From contig OZ024743.1 in assembly GCA_964016885.1 (NCBI GenBank), positions 371,194,001 to 371,258,000 of the forward strand: a stretch of DNA of 64,000 bases, in the 5' to 3' direction. The DNA comes from Eledone cirrhosa. Taxonomy: Eukaryota. Of the stretch, positions 13,720 to 26,722 are shown piece by piece (positions within the stretch are counted from its first letter, which is position 1; the number at the start of each line of letters is the position of its first letter). The notes under the pieces are model-generated. The model saw only the letters and a list, made by a program, of their open reading frames with translations. It was not told the origin of the DNA and ran no database searches. A program made the position numbers and the translations under genes.

Positions 13720-13797
13720 GATTTTCATGTTTTGGCCAAGGCTCCACTAGTGGCTTTTCCTTTGGTTCCTCCAATACTGCAGCTGTGAAACCTCTAG
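13720..13797 (+). CDS. Probable host internal exon encoding an FG-repeat nucleoporin segment (GFSCFGQGSTSGFSFGSSNTAAVKPL-G)
   Basis: Acceptor ttcatttcag|, donor |gttagt, 78 bp phase 1-1, no stop codon; FG and GFSFG motifs in an S/T/G-rich spacer; lies in the only long TE-poor stretch. Confidence 0.65.
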
Positions 13798-15118
13798 GTT
13801 AGTGGGTGGTAAGGTTTCCTGGATCTTTCTATATATTTCCATTTCTTTTTCCACCTCTCTTTTCTGTTCACTCACTCACACACCCACCTTCCCCCCTCTC
13901 TCTGTCTTTCCAAACGACACCCATTGGACAATAAATAAGCTGTTTGATAGATGGACCCTTCATTGGAGTAATAAAGGTTGCTATCTAATGGATTACAAGT
14001 ATTCTTCAGTGACGGCAAATTCAGGCATGTAAAATAAAATCAGTTGATATGCTGCTTATAAAAAAAACAAGCTTTTGAGTCTGCTGTTTTCAATTTAGCC
14101 CTAGGCTGTTTGTTTTCAAACATCAATGAATCATTGGTGCTGTAATTTTAAATGTTTCTTTACAATCAAAACCAGATATATCTGCCTTCAACCAAATGTG
14201 TGTGTGTTTAATTTTTCTATCTGCTGGTGATACTGAGGTGTAGAGAAAGCAGATAAAAATAAAATTGGGGGAAACTTTTGTGACCTGTTCATGAGGTGAA
14301 AAGAAAAATATATTAGATATTAGTTGATTGATGGTTTTTATCTGGAAAACCTAACTGATGAATGATTTTTTTTATCTTTTAATAAAAGAAAATATCTGAA
14401 GAGTTAAAAATGTCCTATTTTCTCTATATCCATTAATATCATTAAAAAAAGTGATTTGTCTATCTTTTATTATAAAGAAAGATAAGAATGTTATTTCTGG
14501 TTATTTGTTCCTATAGTTTTCCATTAGCTCCTGTCTTTGATGTATATCTGTATATATTTTCTGAGCACCCACTATATATTGCACATTTGTCATATTTCTG
14601 TGTATAGATGTTGTATTTTTTTAGAATTATTAGTATGTGTGATTGTGCACAGTAGTTTGTATGTGAATGTGTGGGTATCAAATGGAAGGCACTTTTAATT
14701 TAATAAAACTTCTTTTGCTTGGCTAAGATGTGGAACTGGTTTGAAGATTTATATATAAATATGTATATATATTAAGTGTTTTAATTATTCAGATCCTGAC
14801 AATGGTTCTGTTACATTAAGATTTTAGGTATTGAAACTTTTGAAATAAGTTTTTTGCAAAACAATTTAAGATTTTACTTATTGACCTAGAATACTGGTGA
14901 TTTTAATTTTAATTAGTATATATTAATTGAACTGATTGGTGTTATGTAAGATGACATTTCAGTAAAATCACTTGAACAAATGTTTGTATGAGGGAAATCT
15001 CACAATCTGATGCTTTAAAAATATTATATATTTGGGATATATTACTTTATTTTATGGTTGATGACACAAACTGAATAATTAGTTATAGATAGTTGACACC
15101 TCATATATTCTGGTATTT

Positions 15119-15338
15119 TAGTCCTTTTGACACCAAATCACCTGAAACTGTCCTATCATCCTAAGATGTTTATTTTAACATGTTTTTTGTTTATCTAAAA
15201 ACTTTCCACCATAATTTTATGTAAGAAACTTTGTTCTTAACATCAACTTAATAATGAGAAAATTAGTTATATTACTAAATCTCTGCAAATTTTTAATTAT
15301 TTTCAAAATTATTGGACATGTGGTAATGAAAGGGTTGA
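15119..15338. mobile_element. Decayed piggyBac-type MITE
   Basis: tta-gtccttttgacacca...tggtaatgaaagggttga; similar to 18017-18449. Confidence 0.55.
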
Positions 15339-15414
15339 AGGAAGAAATATTTATCACAAATGTGGTGTAAATACAAGCTTTGGTGACATGACAGTGTTAA
15401 TAATATTAATGATA

Positions 15415-15600
15415 ATTTCTTAGATTGGCATGAGGCTTTTAGTCATGTGAATATATCTGGTATCAATTTTTTATCAAACTCTGGAGCAGTAAAAATTGAA
15501 GCCAGTCCCTACTGAAGTCGGTAACATAATGTAAAGGGATGCAAGGAAATATATTTTGTTTGGCATTCTACTATCCACCAGTCTAATAATGACAATTATT
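15415..15600 (-). mobile_element. Decayed SINE
   Basis: aatttctt..attggca..aggc tail and gcattcta..atcc head resemble the neighbouring SINEs. Confidence 0.45.
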
Positions 15601-15704
15601 ATATATATAAATAAATTTGACAAGTTGAGAAATCAACTTATGAGATAACAAGATGGTTTAAAACTCAATATTTTTGTACAATCAGCAATTATAAAGAATA
15701 TCTT

Positions 15705-15960
15705 CATCATAATGATCATTTAACATCCACTTTCCCTGCTAGCAAGGGTTGCACAGGTCTTCACAGACACAGTCAGTATTGAAGTGCATTTCATCATGGC
15801 ACTAGCACTAGAGAGGCTGTCATGTATTTGGCTCAAGTAGTTGTTTGGCAAACTTTCTATGGCTGAATGCCCTTCCTATTACCATTTAATTTACATCATG
15901 TACTGGGTATGTTTATCGTGTAGATCACCAACACTAGAGAGGTTGTTGTGCAATTGTAAC
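15705..15960 (-). mobile_element. Old RTE-tailed non-autonomous fragment
   Basis: catcat..tttaacatccactttccctgctagcaaggg and ttctatggctgaatgcccttcc motifs. Confidence 0.6.
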
Positions 15961-16059
15961 AACTGAAGGGTCTTTTCAACTCTTTTGGCATCTGAGGTAT
16001 AATCCATAGGGTAGAGTTCAATAAATTGAATGAAAGTAATTTCACAGAGCATTTAGAGG

Positions 16060-16225
16060 ATTGGACGCCATGCTTTGACGCATAGAGTTACGGCCCTTGC
16101 CATTCTGAGTTCAAATCCCGCCGAGGATGACTTTGCCTTTCATCCTTATAGGGTCGATAAAATAAAGTACCAGTAATGCACTGGGTAATTGCTGGCCTTG
16201 TGCCTAAAGTAGAAACAATTATTAG
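16060..16225 (+). mobile_element. tRNA-derived SINE
   Basis: B-box gagttcaaatccc, central gactttgcctttcatcct..gggtcgataaaataaagtaccag, tail ggccttgtgcctaaa. Confidence 0.75.
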
Positions 16226-16318
16226 TTTAAAATAACTTTGAACCAAGGACAACTGTGGAATAAATTCATTTATTCATTTTTTCTTTTAGCAAATGATGAA
16301 TTTTGAAAGTAGATTAGC

Positions 16319-17365
16319 TTAACCCTTTAGTGTTTAAACCGCCCGAAATCGCCCACACTAAAAAATCGTTCTAAAAATAAACAAACCATCATCAAAATCT
16401 CGTCAATTCGAGATTACTGCGAGATTAGGCCCTTACTGCGAAAATTAACACTTAATATAGTGAAACAACTTAAAACAACAAGTGGTTTTTTAACTTTGAA
16501 AGTACAACAAATTTTTTTTTTGTATCAACATGGCTTATGAAAGTAGCGATACCGACTTTGAAGGTTTTACACACGACGACATTCAGAATAAACAAGAAAC
16601 ATACGATAATATTAGTGATTTATCTTCAAATGAATCTGATGTTTATATTTCTGAAATTTCGTCCGACGATGATTGTTTTGAAAGTGAAAACGAAGGAGAT
16701 CTCCAGGACGCCATTGAAAATATTACAGCAACGTGGTTGAAAAATACCACACTAATATATGTTCCCGATTTTATTCAAAATACTGGTCCACAACACACAT
16801 TAGCTCTCGATGCTAAAGCACTGGATTATTTCTTTTTGTTTTTACCACAAACTCTCTTCGAAGTTGTGGCAGAAGAGATTAATCGATATGCCCAACAACA
16901 GATTTCAAATCAAGGAAAACCCCATCTGTTTGGCGACTGACAGGTGCTGCGGAAATGCAAGCATTTTTTACCGTAAATATTATGTTCAGTATAAAACAAT
17001 TTCCAAGACTGTGGAATTACTGGAACACTGATGTAAGGTTTAGTAATCCTTATATATCAAGTATCATGCCGAAAACAACGTATTTAAAATTAAACCAGTA
17101 TTTGCACCTGTTTGATACTTCAAATGCCCCTATTAATTAATTTCACCTGCCCATAAAAGTCAAATTTGACCAAAAAAAAATCAGGTAAAATTATATAATT
17201 GTAAATTATTAATTAAACATCTGACAAAATTTCAAGCCTGCATATAGAAAATTAAGAAAATTACAAACAAATAAAATTGATAACCCTCTTGAGTATGATT
17301 AACTCAAAATAATGCGAACAGATAAGCATGACGTTTGAAAATTAATGCGAATGCTAAAGGGTTAA
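16319..17365 (+). mobile_element. Internally deleted piggyBac transposon
   Basis: TTAA|CCCTTTAG ... CTAAAGGG|TTAA; ORFs 16530-16940 and 16955-17140 encode the acidic N-terminus (SDTDFEGF), DYFFLFL..EEINRYAQQ and YWNTD..IMP..YLHLFD of a piggyBac transposase; catalytic core missing. Confidence 0.9.
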
Positions 17366-17374
17366 AACAAGCTT

Positions 17375-17780
17375 TAATGCAGTCTTTTGACTATGAAACA
17401 TAGTCTAACAAGTTGGGCATATAAACCCGTAGAAATGGAAAAAAAATTGGACGGCAGGACCTGTGGGGCTCAAACTCACACTTGCCATATGCCAGACATC
17501 TAGGTTATCATTACACCAAAGCCATGTTGATAACTCTCCTGTCATTTTTAAGCCTTATCTATCGGCCAGTGGATGTAAACAATCTTTTTATTTTACAAAG
17601 CATTGAGCAAATTATAAAGCAAACTGCTTTCAATGCAATTTTTTTTATTTACTATGAAAAATGGTGTAACAAATTGGGCATATAAGCCCTGACAGACATA
17701 AAAAAAAAGTGGACAGCATCACCTATGGGACTGAAACTCACATCTGCCGTATTCCAGACGATTATGCTACCATATGACAA
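17375..17780 (-). repeat. Diverged tandem duplication (~260-bp period) containing tRNA-like A/B boxes
   Basis: 17375-17520 resembles 17632-17775; minus strand tggtgtaatga...gagtttgagccc followed by a T-run. Confidence 0.45.
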
Positions 17781-18016
17781 TGTAATAACATATATCAGTT
17801 ACAAATGAATAGATACACTGTATCCCTGCATGTTATAAGGGGCATTTAAAGGGTTGGTGCCAGGAATGGCATTCAGCCATAAGATATTGCCTCAAAAAGA
17901 TCCCATGATGAGTATGAAGTTTGTTACGAGGAACATTGCTAATCTCAACCAGGAAATGGCCTTAAAATACTTGCTGTTTGTTGTTGTAATAGCCTATATA
18001 CAATTGTTGTTCTCTC

Positions 18017-18449
18017 TTAACCCTTTTGCTGCCAAACTGACTGAAATGTTGCTAGTTCTAAGATACAAAGCTCTGTTTTAAAGTGTTTGTATTTAAATTC
18101 ATAATTTCCATCCTAATTTTGTGTAAAACAAATATAAGTTTTGCTACAGCCTAATAATCAGAAAGTTGTTTTATTAAATCCTTTCAAATTCATTAGAAAT
18201 AGAGTAATGAAAGTATTACCACTTTTGATACCAATCTGATTGAAACTGCACTTCGTTCTACAATACAAAACTTTTAAAGTATTTATATTTATCTGAAAAC
18301 CATAATCTTATATAAGAACTTTTACGTTCCTAATGCCAGCTTTATAATGAGAAAGTTATATTACTAAATTCCTCCAAATTCTTGATTATTTTCAAAATTA
18401 AACAGATTGGCTGCATTATTCATTACAAATAAGGTAGCGAAAGGGTTAA
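18017..18449. mobile_element. piggyBac-type MITE with internal tandem duplication
   Basis: TTAA|CCCTTTTGCTGCC ... GGTAGCGAAAGGG|TTAA; 18020-18200 is repeated at ~18218-18400. Confidence 0.8.
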
Positions 18450-18464
18450 TACATAACTTTATAT

Positions 18465-18868
18465 TTAACCCTTTTGATGCCAACTACCAAAAATCATATT
18501 TGGGCTCATTTTACTATGTCTAACAATCCCAGAAAGACAGAATATCTAAAACCTACCTACATATGAAAGATTCTGTTTGAAATTTAGGTGAAATTTACAC
18601 AATTGTTTACAAAGTGTGAGTTCCCTCACATGTAATATGTATCAACGTGCTGAAAAAATACCGAAACCTTCTTCCAAGAGTCATCACAGTTGTATTCTTT
18701 GAGGTTAGTAACAGTGGTAGGTATGTATACATTATTAAAAATTTTTTTTTTTAAATATCAGGCATTTTTATCTTAACATTTTTGTTAATGGTGGGAAAAG
18801 AAGAAAGTGCTATTTTAAATCCTGGAAAGACCAGAGTGTAAATCTGGTTTTTGTAGCATTAAGGTTAG
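18465..18868. mobile_element. Second piggyBac-type MITE (degenerate right end)
   Basis: TTAA|CCCTTTTGATGCCAAC ... gtagcattaaggtta. Confidence 0.55.
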
Positions 18869-19088
18869 AGGTAAATTTCTCTCTGGGTTAAGATGTTAAT
18901 CTATCATAGGTGTAGTTTCAAAAGAAACCTGGTGCTTATACCACACAGCTAATTAAAGTATAATTATCATACCTTGAGCAAGTGTCTTTTACTTTAACCC
19001 CAGGTAACTAATACCTTGTGAGTAGAATTTGATATATGGAAACTGCAGAAGCCTGTTGTGTGTGTGTGTGTATATATATATAAATACA

Positions 19089-19148
<60 letters not shown>

Positions 19149-19328
19149 TGCATTTGTGTCCATATCTTATATCCAACAGCTTAGTGGTTTGACAAAAAGA
19201 GACATTAAAAAAAAATAAACACTGGGTTGATATGAAATAAATCCATTGAAACACTACCCTAATATGGCTAGTCTCATGACTAAAATTAGTAAAATGATAT
19301 ACTGCCAAAAATCTACAGTGGATAATAT

Positions 19329-19660
19329 GGAGGCACATGGCTTAGTGGTTAGAGCATTGGCCTTGCGATCGAAAGGTTGTGAGTTCAATTCTCAGACCGG
19401 GTGATGTGTTGTTTCCTTGAGCAAGACACTTTATTTCACATTGCTCCAGTTTACTCAGCTGTAGAAATGAGATAATAGGGACTGGGGTCCATATCATTCC
19501 ACTGCAAAGTGGTCATGGAGGTGCCACGTCAAAAAAGCACCCAGCACTCACTGTAAATGAGGTTGGTGTTAGGAAGGGCATCCAGCTGTAGAAATCAAGC
19601 CAGAATCAGTTCCCGTCCCACCCTTGCAAGCAGTGAAAAAGCGGATATAAAATGAATGAA
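19329..19660 (+). mobile_element. tRNA-derived SINE with RTE-derived tail
   Basis: A box TGGCTTAGTGG, B box GAGTTCAATTC, core ccttgagcaagacactt, RTE-like 3' end; near-identical copy at 58913-59258. Confidence 0.92.
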
Positions 19661-19872
19661 TTCCAGGCTCAAGTTTGTTCAATTCTAAACTCTATTTTTT
19701 ATTATAGAAGTATTAGTTGAGTAGTTCCACCCTCACTTGCCAATTTCACTTTAGCGCCCTCCCCCCTCTCTCTCTATATATATATATTATATATATCAAA
19801 CATTATCTGTCTGTCCACTACTACAGCTGATAGGTCAGCAACAAGAAATTACATATCACATGGTATTAGATA

Positions 19873-20110
19873 CTCCTTTGTTCTGTCCTACACACAAAAA
19901 CAAGATGGTGTAGGACAGAACAAAGGAGAAACACAAAATAAAAACCTAATCACTGAGCAGGTCACAGAATGTGTGACGAAAAAGCTTTGACAATATATAA
20001 ACAACTTTCAGGTTATCGAACCAACCAACTGGAAACTTATAATAAATTGAAGTGAAAACCAACAGGTGCATGTGTTTTTATTGGCAGCATGACACTCCTA
20101 AAATATAACA
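19873..20110 (+). mobile_element. PLE 3' fragment with hammerhead (19949-19991) and a 21-bp inverted 5' end
   Basis: Homologous to the reverse complement of 28846-29090; 19873-19893 is an inverted copy of 19908-19928; ends tataaca. Confidence 0.85.
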
Positions 20111-21432
20111 TCTGTTTCAACACACGTTTTCAGATAAGAAATCTCGCAAAACGAATTATATATATAATTGAAAATGGTTTTCTGAACGGGATCTAGAAGA
20201 AACCAGTTAAATAAGGTACTCAATACATTTGTAGAGAAGATATTTATTTTATTTTGGAATGAAGTTATTTCTATATAGATATATCGGCTGGGTAGCTTGG
20301 AAGAAAGACGTGCATTCCTTACTGTGCAAGATTTGAAATTTAAATCGACAGGAATCATGAAGTTTTACTTGAGTTAATTTATTACCTTGATCAACAACCT
20401 TTGTACTTATATTTGGACGTGATTATTTTTTGTATTTTTACATTTTAGTAGGTTTATTTTTGGTCTATTAGACAAGGACTGATACCCCCCACTTGCCAAT
20501 TTTGTAAGGGGAAACCCCTGCTTACAAAGGTAGACGTAACTTTTTTATCTTTTCCTCTATGGATCCTTCCTAGTCCTTCCACCCCAGATCTCCTTCCTCG
20601 TCTTTTTTCCACCTTTCGCCTACCCCGATGCAGCCCATCGGTCCTCTGTAGCCTCAGTACCCCCCCCCCCCTAATGTTAAGATAGAATTGGTTGATTACG
20701 CTTTTTATAGCAGATGTGTTAGACCCCAGTAAATTTTTTTCTTTATGGTTGCTGCTCCATTTCTATGGTTTCTAAATTTATTAGTTGTATTTTTGTAGTA
20801 GTATTTTAGTATTTTTGTTCTCAACTTATTAACCTGTCATTGTAAGATACCATTGGCTGATTACTAACTATCTATAGCAGCGGTGTTAGCCCCCTGTAAA
20901 GCCGGCTTTATAAATTTCTTTCACTTTCCCATTCTCCACCTATTAAACTTTTCTATAGCTTAGCAATCCCAATGAGAAATTTGGTGATTGTAGAAATGGA
21001 GTAGTAACCAGACATTGTTTTTATATATTTATTTCCTTATTTTTATAATGGGTTTTTAATACTGGCTTTCGATTTACCTATTCTTTCAACACCCCCCTCC
21101 TCTTCTCCAGTACACTTTTTTCAACCTTTTATACACTATCCTTAGAATCTGCTGTATAGATTTCACTTTCATCGCCTGACTGGGTTTCCCCCACTCCCTC
21201 TTTGTTCTACCAGCCAGTTAAGCCACCTCTACCTCCCACCAAATGCCATGATAGATTTATCTGTCTTTACAACAAATTTTTTACCAATCCTCTTGACAAT
21301 TACTATCTTCCCATATAAGGAAATACCCCCTGAGAAGTTCGGCGATTTATTTACCAGGCTAAAAATTCTTGTTTAGTCCAGAAATAGCCATCGAAACAGC
21401 TTGAGCTTTGCCGTCGGGGTCTTACTTGTTCA
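20111..21432 (+). mobile_element. Degenerate PLE-like segment ending in a hammerhead (21325-21420)
   Basis: acccc-CTGAGAAG..GGC...GCC..-GAAAC-agc-ttgagcttt-gcc-GTC-ggggt; homologous end at 26355-26410 (minus). Upstream extent uncertain. Confidence 0.55.
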
Positions 21433-21509
21433 TATATATATATATATATATACAATATATGTATATATACTGATTAAATTTTAACCATTTCAGGGTATGG
21501 CATGTATCA

Positions 21510-21570
21510 TTATATTTTATCTGATTAGGACGTACTGTTGTACATCCGAAATATTTATAATAAAATATAA
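21510..21570 (+). ncRNA. Type-I hammerhead ribozyme motif
   Basis: Perfect 11-bp stem I (ttatattttat/ataaaatataa), CTGATTA (G8 variant), stem II GGAcGTAC-tgtt-GTACaTCC, GAAAT-attt-ATA. Confidence 0.8.
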
Positions 21571-21599
21571 TTCATCAAAAGAACATCTATTTTATTAAT

Positions 21600-21641
21600 A
21601 TTTGTATTTTAATATATACAATATATATATTTATATATATA

Positions 21642-21690
<49 letters not shown>

Positions 21691-21882
21691 ATATTTATAT
21701 ATATATATATATTGTATATATATATATATATATATATTGTATATATATATATATATATTGTATATATATATATATTGTATATATATATATATATATTGTA
21801 TATATATATATATATATTGTGTATATATATATATATATTGTGTATATATATATATATATTGTATATATATATATATTGTATA
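21600..21882. repeat. (TA)nTTG satellite
   Basis: Directly visible irregular units tatatattg. Confidence 0.95.
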
Positions 21883-23718
21883 TCATCATCATCATCATCA
21901 TTTTACGTCCGCTTTTCCCTGCTTGCAAGGGTGGGACGGGTCTTATTCAGCACAGCATCTCTCCACTCGTCACGGTCCCTCGTGAGCTTCAATGATCTGA
22001 GGTCTGTTCTCACCACCTTCGCCCATGTTTTTCGTGGTCTACCTCTACCACGTCTTCCTTCAACTGGCATTTCCTGACACTTCTTCACCCATCGGTCATC
22101 CTCCATGCGCATCACATGTCCATACCACCTCAGTCTCCTCTCCCGTACACTACATTCTATCCCTCTCAACACATTTATGCTGGGTCGTTCACGCACATTT
22201 ACACTGCACATCCAACGGAGCATGCTTGCCTCATTTCTCTCCAGCCGTCGCATATCCTCTGCGGTTGCTGCCCATGTCTCACTACCATGCAGCATCGCGC
22301 TCCTCACACAGGCATCATACAACCGGCCTTTCGTACGCAGGGAGAAACCCTTCTTCGTCAACAGAGGAAGCAGCTCCCTAAACTTCTTCCAACCCGTCCT
22401 TATTCTAGATACTATGGCCTCGGAACACTCTCCTCCCATGCTAATCTGATCTCCTAGGTACCGGAAGCTATCCACCACTTCTATAGCGCCCTCTCGCATT
22501 TGAAAAATGTGTCTATCAGTGCGACTTCTACTGTCTAATTTCCCTATACATCTACTGCATACATATTTCTCCCTACCTGTTAGATTGCCTGCTATCCCGC
22601 TACATCTCTTGTGTACCCAGGACCTGCATTGTGTGCATTTTATAGAATTTATGCCAGTTCCTTTTCTGCATATCGAACATGGCCATTTCCCTGACGGAAT
22701 CAGGGTTTTGTCCTCTTTTCTACTCATCAACACTTTTGTCTTAGCTAGATTTACTCTCAGTCCTCTTGCTTCCAACTGCTGTTTCCATAGCCGGAATTTA
22801 TTCTCTAGCTCCTCTACTGATTCTGCTATAAGAGCCAGATCGTCAGCATAGAGAAGTTCCCATGGACAGCCAGTCTTAAACTCCTCTGTTATGGCTTGGA
22901 GGATTATAATGAACAAGAGCGGGCTGAGGACCGAACCCTGATGTACTCCTACTTGTATCTGGAATTCCTCACTAAACTCCATTCCTACCCTGACTTTACT
23001 GAGAGTACCTCTGTACAAAGTTTGCACTGTCCTCACAAGCCATTCTTCAACACCTAGCTTCCTTAGGGACCACCAGATGACAGATCGGGGTACCCTATCA
23101 AAGGCCTTCTCTAGGTCAACAAAGGCTAAGTATAGTGGCTTATTCTTCTCTAAGAATCTCTTGCATTTGTCTCACCAAGAAGAGGGCATCTGTTGTACTT
23201 TTCCCAGGCACAAAACCAAACTGCATCTCATCTAGTTTGACCCTTTCTCTAATTAGTTGTGCTAAAATCCTTTCTGCCACTTTCATAACCTGATCTATCA
23301 GTTTTATACCCCTATAATTGCTCCTCTCCAAAGCATCCCCTTTACCTTTGTAGCAATTTATGAGAATACTGCTGCACCAGTCTTTGGGTATGACACCACC
23401 ATATATAGCCTGATTGATGATGCGTGCAACCAGTTTAGTGCCTACGTCCCCTGATGCCTTCAGCATCTCAGCAACTATTCCCGATGGTCCGGCCGCCTTA
23501 CCATTTTTCATTTCCCTAATCGCCTCTTGGACCCTATATTCGTCAATCTCAATAGCTGGTCCCTCTCTCGGATCTACCAAGGGTAATTTCTCTCTCTCCC
23601 ATTCGTTCCCCACATTCATCAGTCTCTCATAATGACATTTCCAGGCCTCCTTTTTCTGGTCATTCGTGACACTAAGTACACCGGCATCATCCCGGACACA
23701 TTTATCTTCAACAACATC
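21883..23718 (-). mobile_element. RTE LINE family C, 5'-truncated
   Basis: ORFs 23140-23619 and 21903-23036 (RT YADD, PHD); the ORF stop abuts the (GAT)n tail, so there is essentially no 3'UTR. Confidence 0.97.
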
Positions 23719-23760
23719 AATATATATATATATATATTGTGTGTATATATATATATATAT

Positions 23761-23800
<40 letters not shown>

Positions 23801-23898
23801 ATATATATATATTGTATATATATATATTGTATATATATATATGTATGTATATATATATATATATATATATATTGTATATATATATATATATATATATA

Positions 23899-25390
23899 TC
23901 ATCATCATCATCATCACCGTTTTACGTCCGTTCTTCCACGCTAGCATGGGTTAGACGGGTTGTCCTGTTGTGGGCAGTGTCTGGTCGGCTGACCATGCCT
24001 TGCTCATACAGGAACTGATCTGGCTTGATTTCTACAGCTGGATGCCCTTCCTAACACCAACCTCATTTACAGTGAGTGCTGGGTGCTTTTTCGTGGCGCC
24101 TACACGTCCACTTTACAGTGTGGGCTGGGTGCTTTTTTGCCGTGGCACCTCCACGACCACCTTGCGGTGGGGGGAGTGGGGGCATATTGTTTATATGCTT
24201 CAGCATGTACCCATGGGAGGTCGGGTACCCTGTATTACTGCGTGACGCCAGAAGTCATGGTCGTGTGTCATTGACTTTGAGAGGTGTAGTTGGGTAAGGT
24301 CGGCTTTTATCACCTCATCCCAAGTCATCTTGGGTCTCCCCACTCCGCGGTTTCCATCAACTTCTAGTGCTCTGCACCTTTTTATGCAGCTGTCATGCTT
24401 CATACGCATCACATGTCCATACCAGCGTAACCGCCTCTCCTGCACGCAGCATTTGATTCCTCTTATGCTCAGTCTCTCTCTCAATTCCTTTATGCTTTGT
24501 CGTTCACGTATATTACTGTTACACATCCATCGGAGCATGCAGGCTTCGTTTCTCTCTAATCTACGTAAGTCTTCCACCTTCAGCGCCCAGGTCTCACTAC
24601 CATGCAACATCGCTGTTCGGATACACGCATCATACAGTCTGCCTTTCATTCTGAGGGAGAAGCCTTTTGCAGCTAGCAGTGGTAGTAGCTCCCTAAACTT
24701 CTTCCATCCCGTTCTTACCCTAGTTATTGTACTTTCTGAGCACCCACCTCCGTTGCTAATTCGGTCACCTAGGTAGCAGAAGCTGTCTACTGTTTCTACA
24801 GGGCCCTCCCAGAGATTGGTGGTACTTGTTTCCTGTGGCTGTTTGCTTGCTGTTTCAGCACAGCTGCTGCATGTGAATCCTACATTCTTAATTAAGCTTC
24901 CTGAGATCCCGCTACATCTCTTGTGTACCCATTGTTTGCATTTGGGGCAGAGAATGGAGTTCCTACCTACACCTTTCCTACATACTGAGCAAGGCCATTT
25001 CCCTGAGGGGATCTGGGTTCTGTTTTCTCGTCTACTTATAAGGACCTTAGTCTTTGTCATGTTGACTTTGAAGCCCTTTCTCTCTAGTCCCTGCTTCCAG
25101 GTTTGGAATTTATTCTCTAGTTCTACCATAGATTCAGCTATGAGTGCGAGGTCATCAGCATACAGGAGTTCCCATGGGCATCCGGTCTTAAACTCCTCCG
25201 TTATTGCCTGCAGGACTATGATGAACAGGAGAGGGCTAAGAACAGAGCCCTGGTGGACCCCAACCTGTACGCTAAATTCCTCGCTATACTCATTGCTAAT
25301 CCTAACTTTGCTGACTGCTCCCCTATACATGGCTTGTACCGCTTTCACAAGCCATTCATCTACTCCTAGTTTTCTAAGAGCCCACCAGAT
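23899..25390 (-). mobile_element. RTE LINE family B, 5'-truncated
   Basis: ORF 24200-25348 (YADD, PHD, RRLRWYGHV), 3'UTR, (GAT)n tail. Confidence 0.97.
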
Positions 25391-25400
25391 ATATATATAG

Positions 25401-25436
<36 letters not shown>

Positions 25437-25949
25437 TTGTATATATTGTGTATATATATATATATATTGTATATATATATATATATTGTATATATATATA
25501 TATATATTGTATATATATATATATATATATATTGTATATATATATATATATTGTATATATATATATATATATTGTATATATATATATATATATTGTATAT
25601 ATATATTGTATATATATATATATATATTGTATATATATATATATATATTGTATATATATATATATATATTGTATATATTTATATATATATATATATTGTA
25701 TATATTTATATATATATATATATTGTATATATATATATATATTGTATATATATATATATATATTGTATATATATATATATATTGTATATATATATATATA
25801 TATTGTATATATATATATATATTGTATATATATATATATATTGTATATATATATATATATATTGTATATATATATATATATTGTATATATATATATTGTA
25901 TATATATATATATATATTGTATATATATATATATATTGTATATATATAT

Positions 25950-25987
<38 letters not shown>

Positions 25988-26350
25988 ATATATATATATA
26001 TATATATTGTATATATATATATATATATATTGTATATATATATATATATTGTATATATATATATATATATATTGTATATATATATATATATATATATTGT
26101 ATATATATATATATATTGTATATATATATATATATATATTGTATATATATATATATATATATATATTGTATATATATATATATATATATTGTATATATAT
26201 ATATATATATATATATTGTATATATATATATATATATTGTATATATATATATATATATTGTATATATATATATATATATATATATTGTATATATATATAT
26301 ATATATTGTATATATATATATATATATATTGTATATATATATATATATTG
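25391..26350. repeat. (TA)nTTG satellite, ~960 bp, uniform polarity
   Basis: Directly visible. Confidence 0.97.
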
Positions 26351-26354
26351 TAAT

Positions 26355-26441
26355 AGGAACCAGTAAGACCCCGACAGCTGAGCTCAAGCCGTTTCGACGG
26401 CTAATTCTGGTCCACCTGGTTCCTTACCACATTTCCTTCGT
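26355..26441 (-). mobile_element. PLE 3' stub with half a hammerhead
   Basis: Reverse complement gccgtcGAAACggc-ttgagctca-gctGTCggggtcttac matches 21385-21430. Confidence 0.75.
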
Positions 26442-26515
26442 TATATATATTGTATATATATATATATATTGTATATATATATATATATATTGTATATATA
26501 TATATATAGTATATA

Positions 26516-26677
26516 TCATCATCATCATCAACGTTTAACGTCCGTGTTCCACGCTTGCATGGGTTTGGACGGGGGTTTTCCCACTTGAGGCAAGAGTGTG
26601 TATATATATATTATATATATTGTATATCATCATTTCATCATTTCATTTTATGTCCGCTTTTCCCTGCTTGCAAGGGT
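26516..26677 (-). mobile_element. Two very short RTE 3' stubs (family A 26516-26599; family C 26627-26677)
   Basis: (CAT)n plus terminal sequences matching the longer copies. Confidence 0.9.
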
Positions 26678-26689
26678 ATATATATTGTG

Positions 26690-26721
<32 letters not shown>

Positions 26722-26722
26722 A

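Noticed and set aside
14793-14827. Possible micro-exon (cag|ATCCTG...TTTAG|gtattg)
   Set aside because: 35 nt, frame-shifting, has a stop in the frame following the FG exon, and a weak donor.
19329-19400. Possible tRNA gene (also 58913-58985)
   Set aside because: It is the head of a SINE, followed by a core and an RTE tail; no complete acceptor stem.
25391-26350. Repeat-spacer periodicity resembling a CRISPR array
   Set aside because: No unique spacers or cas genes; eukaryotic microsatellite context.
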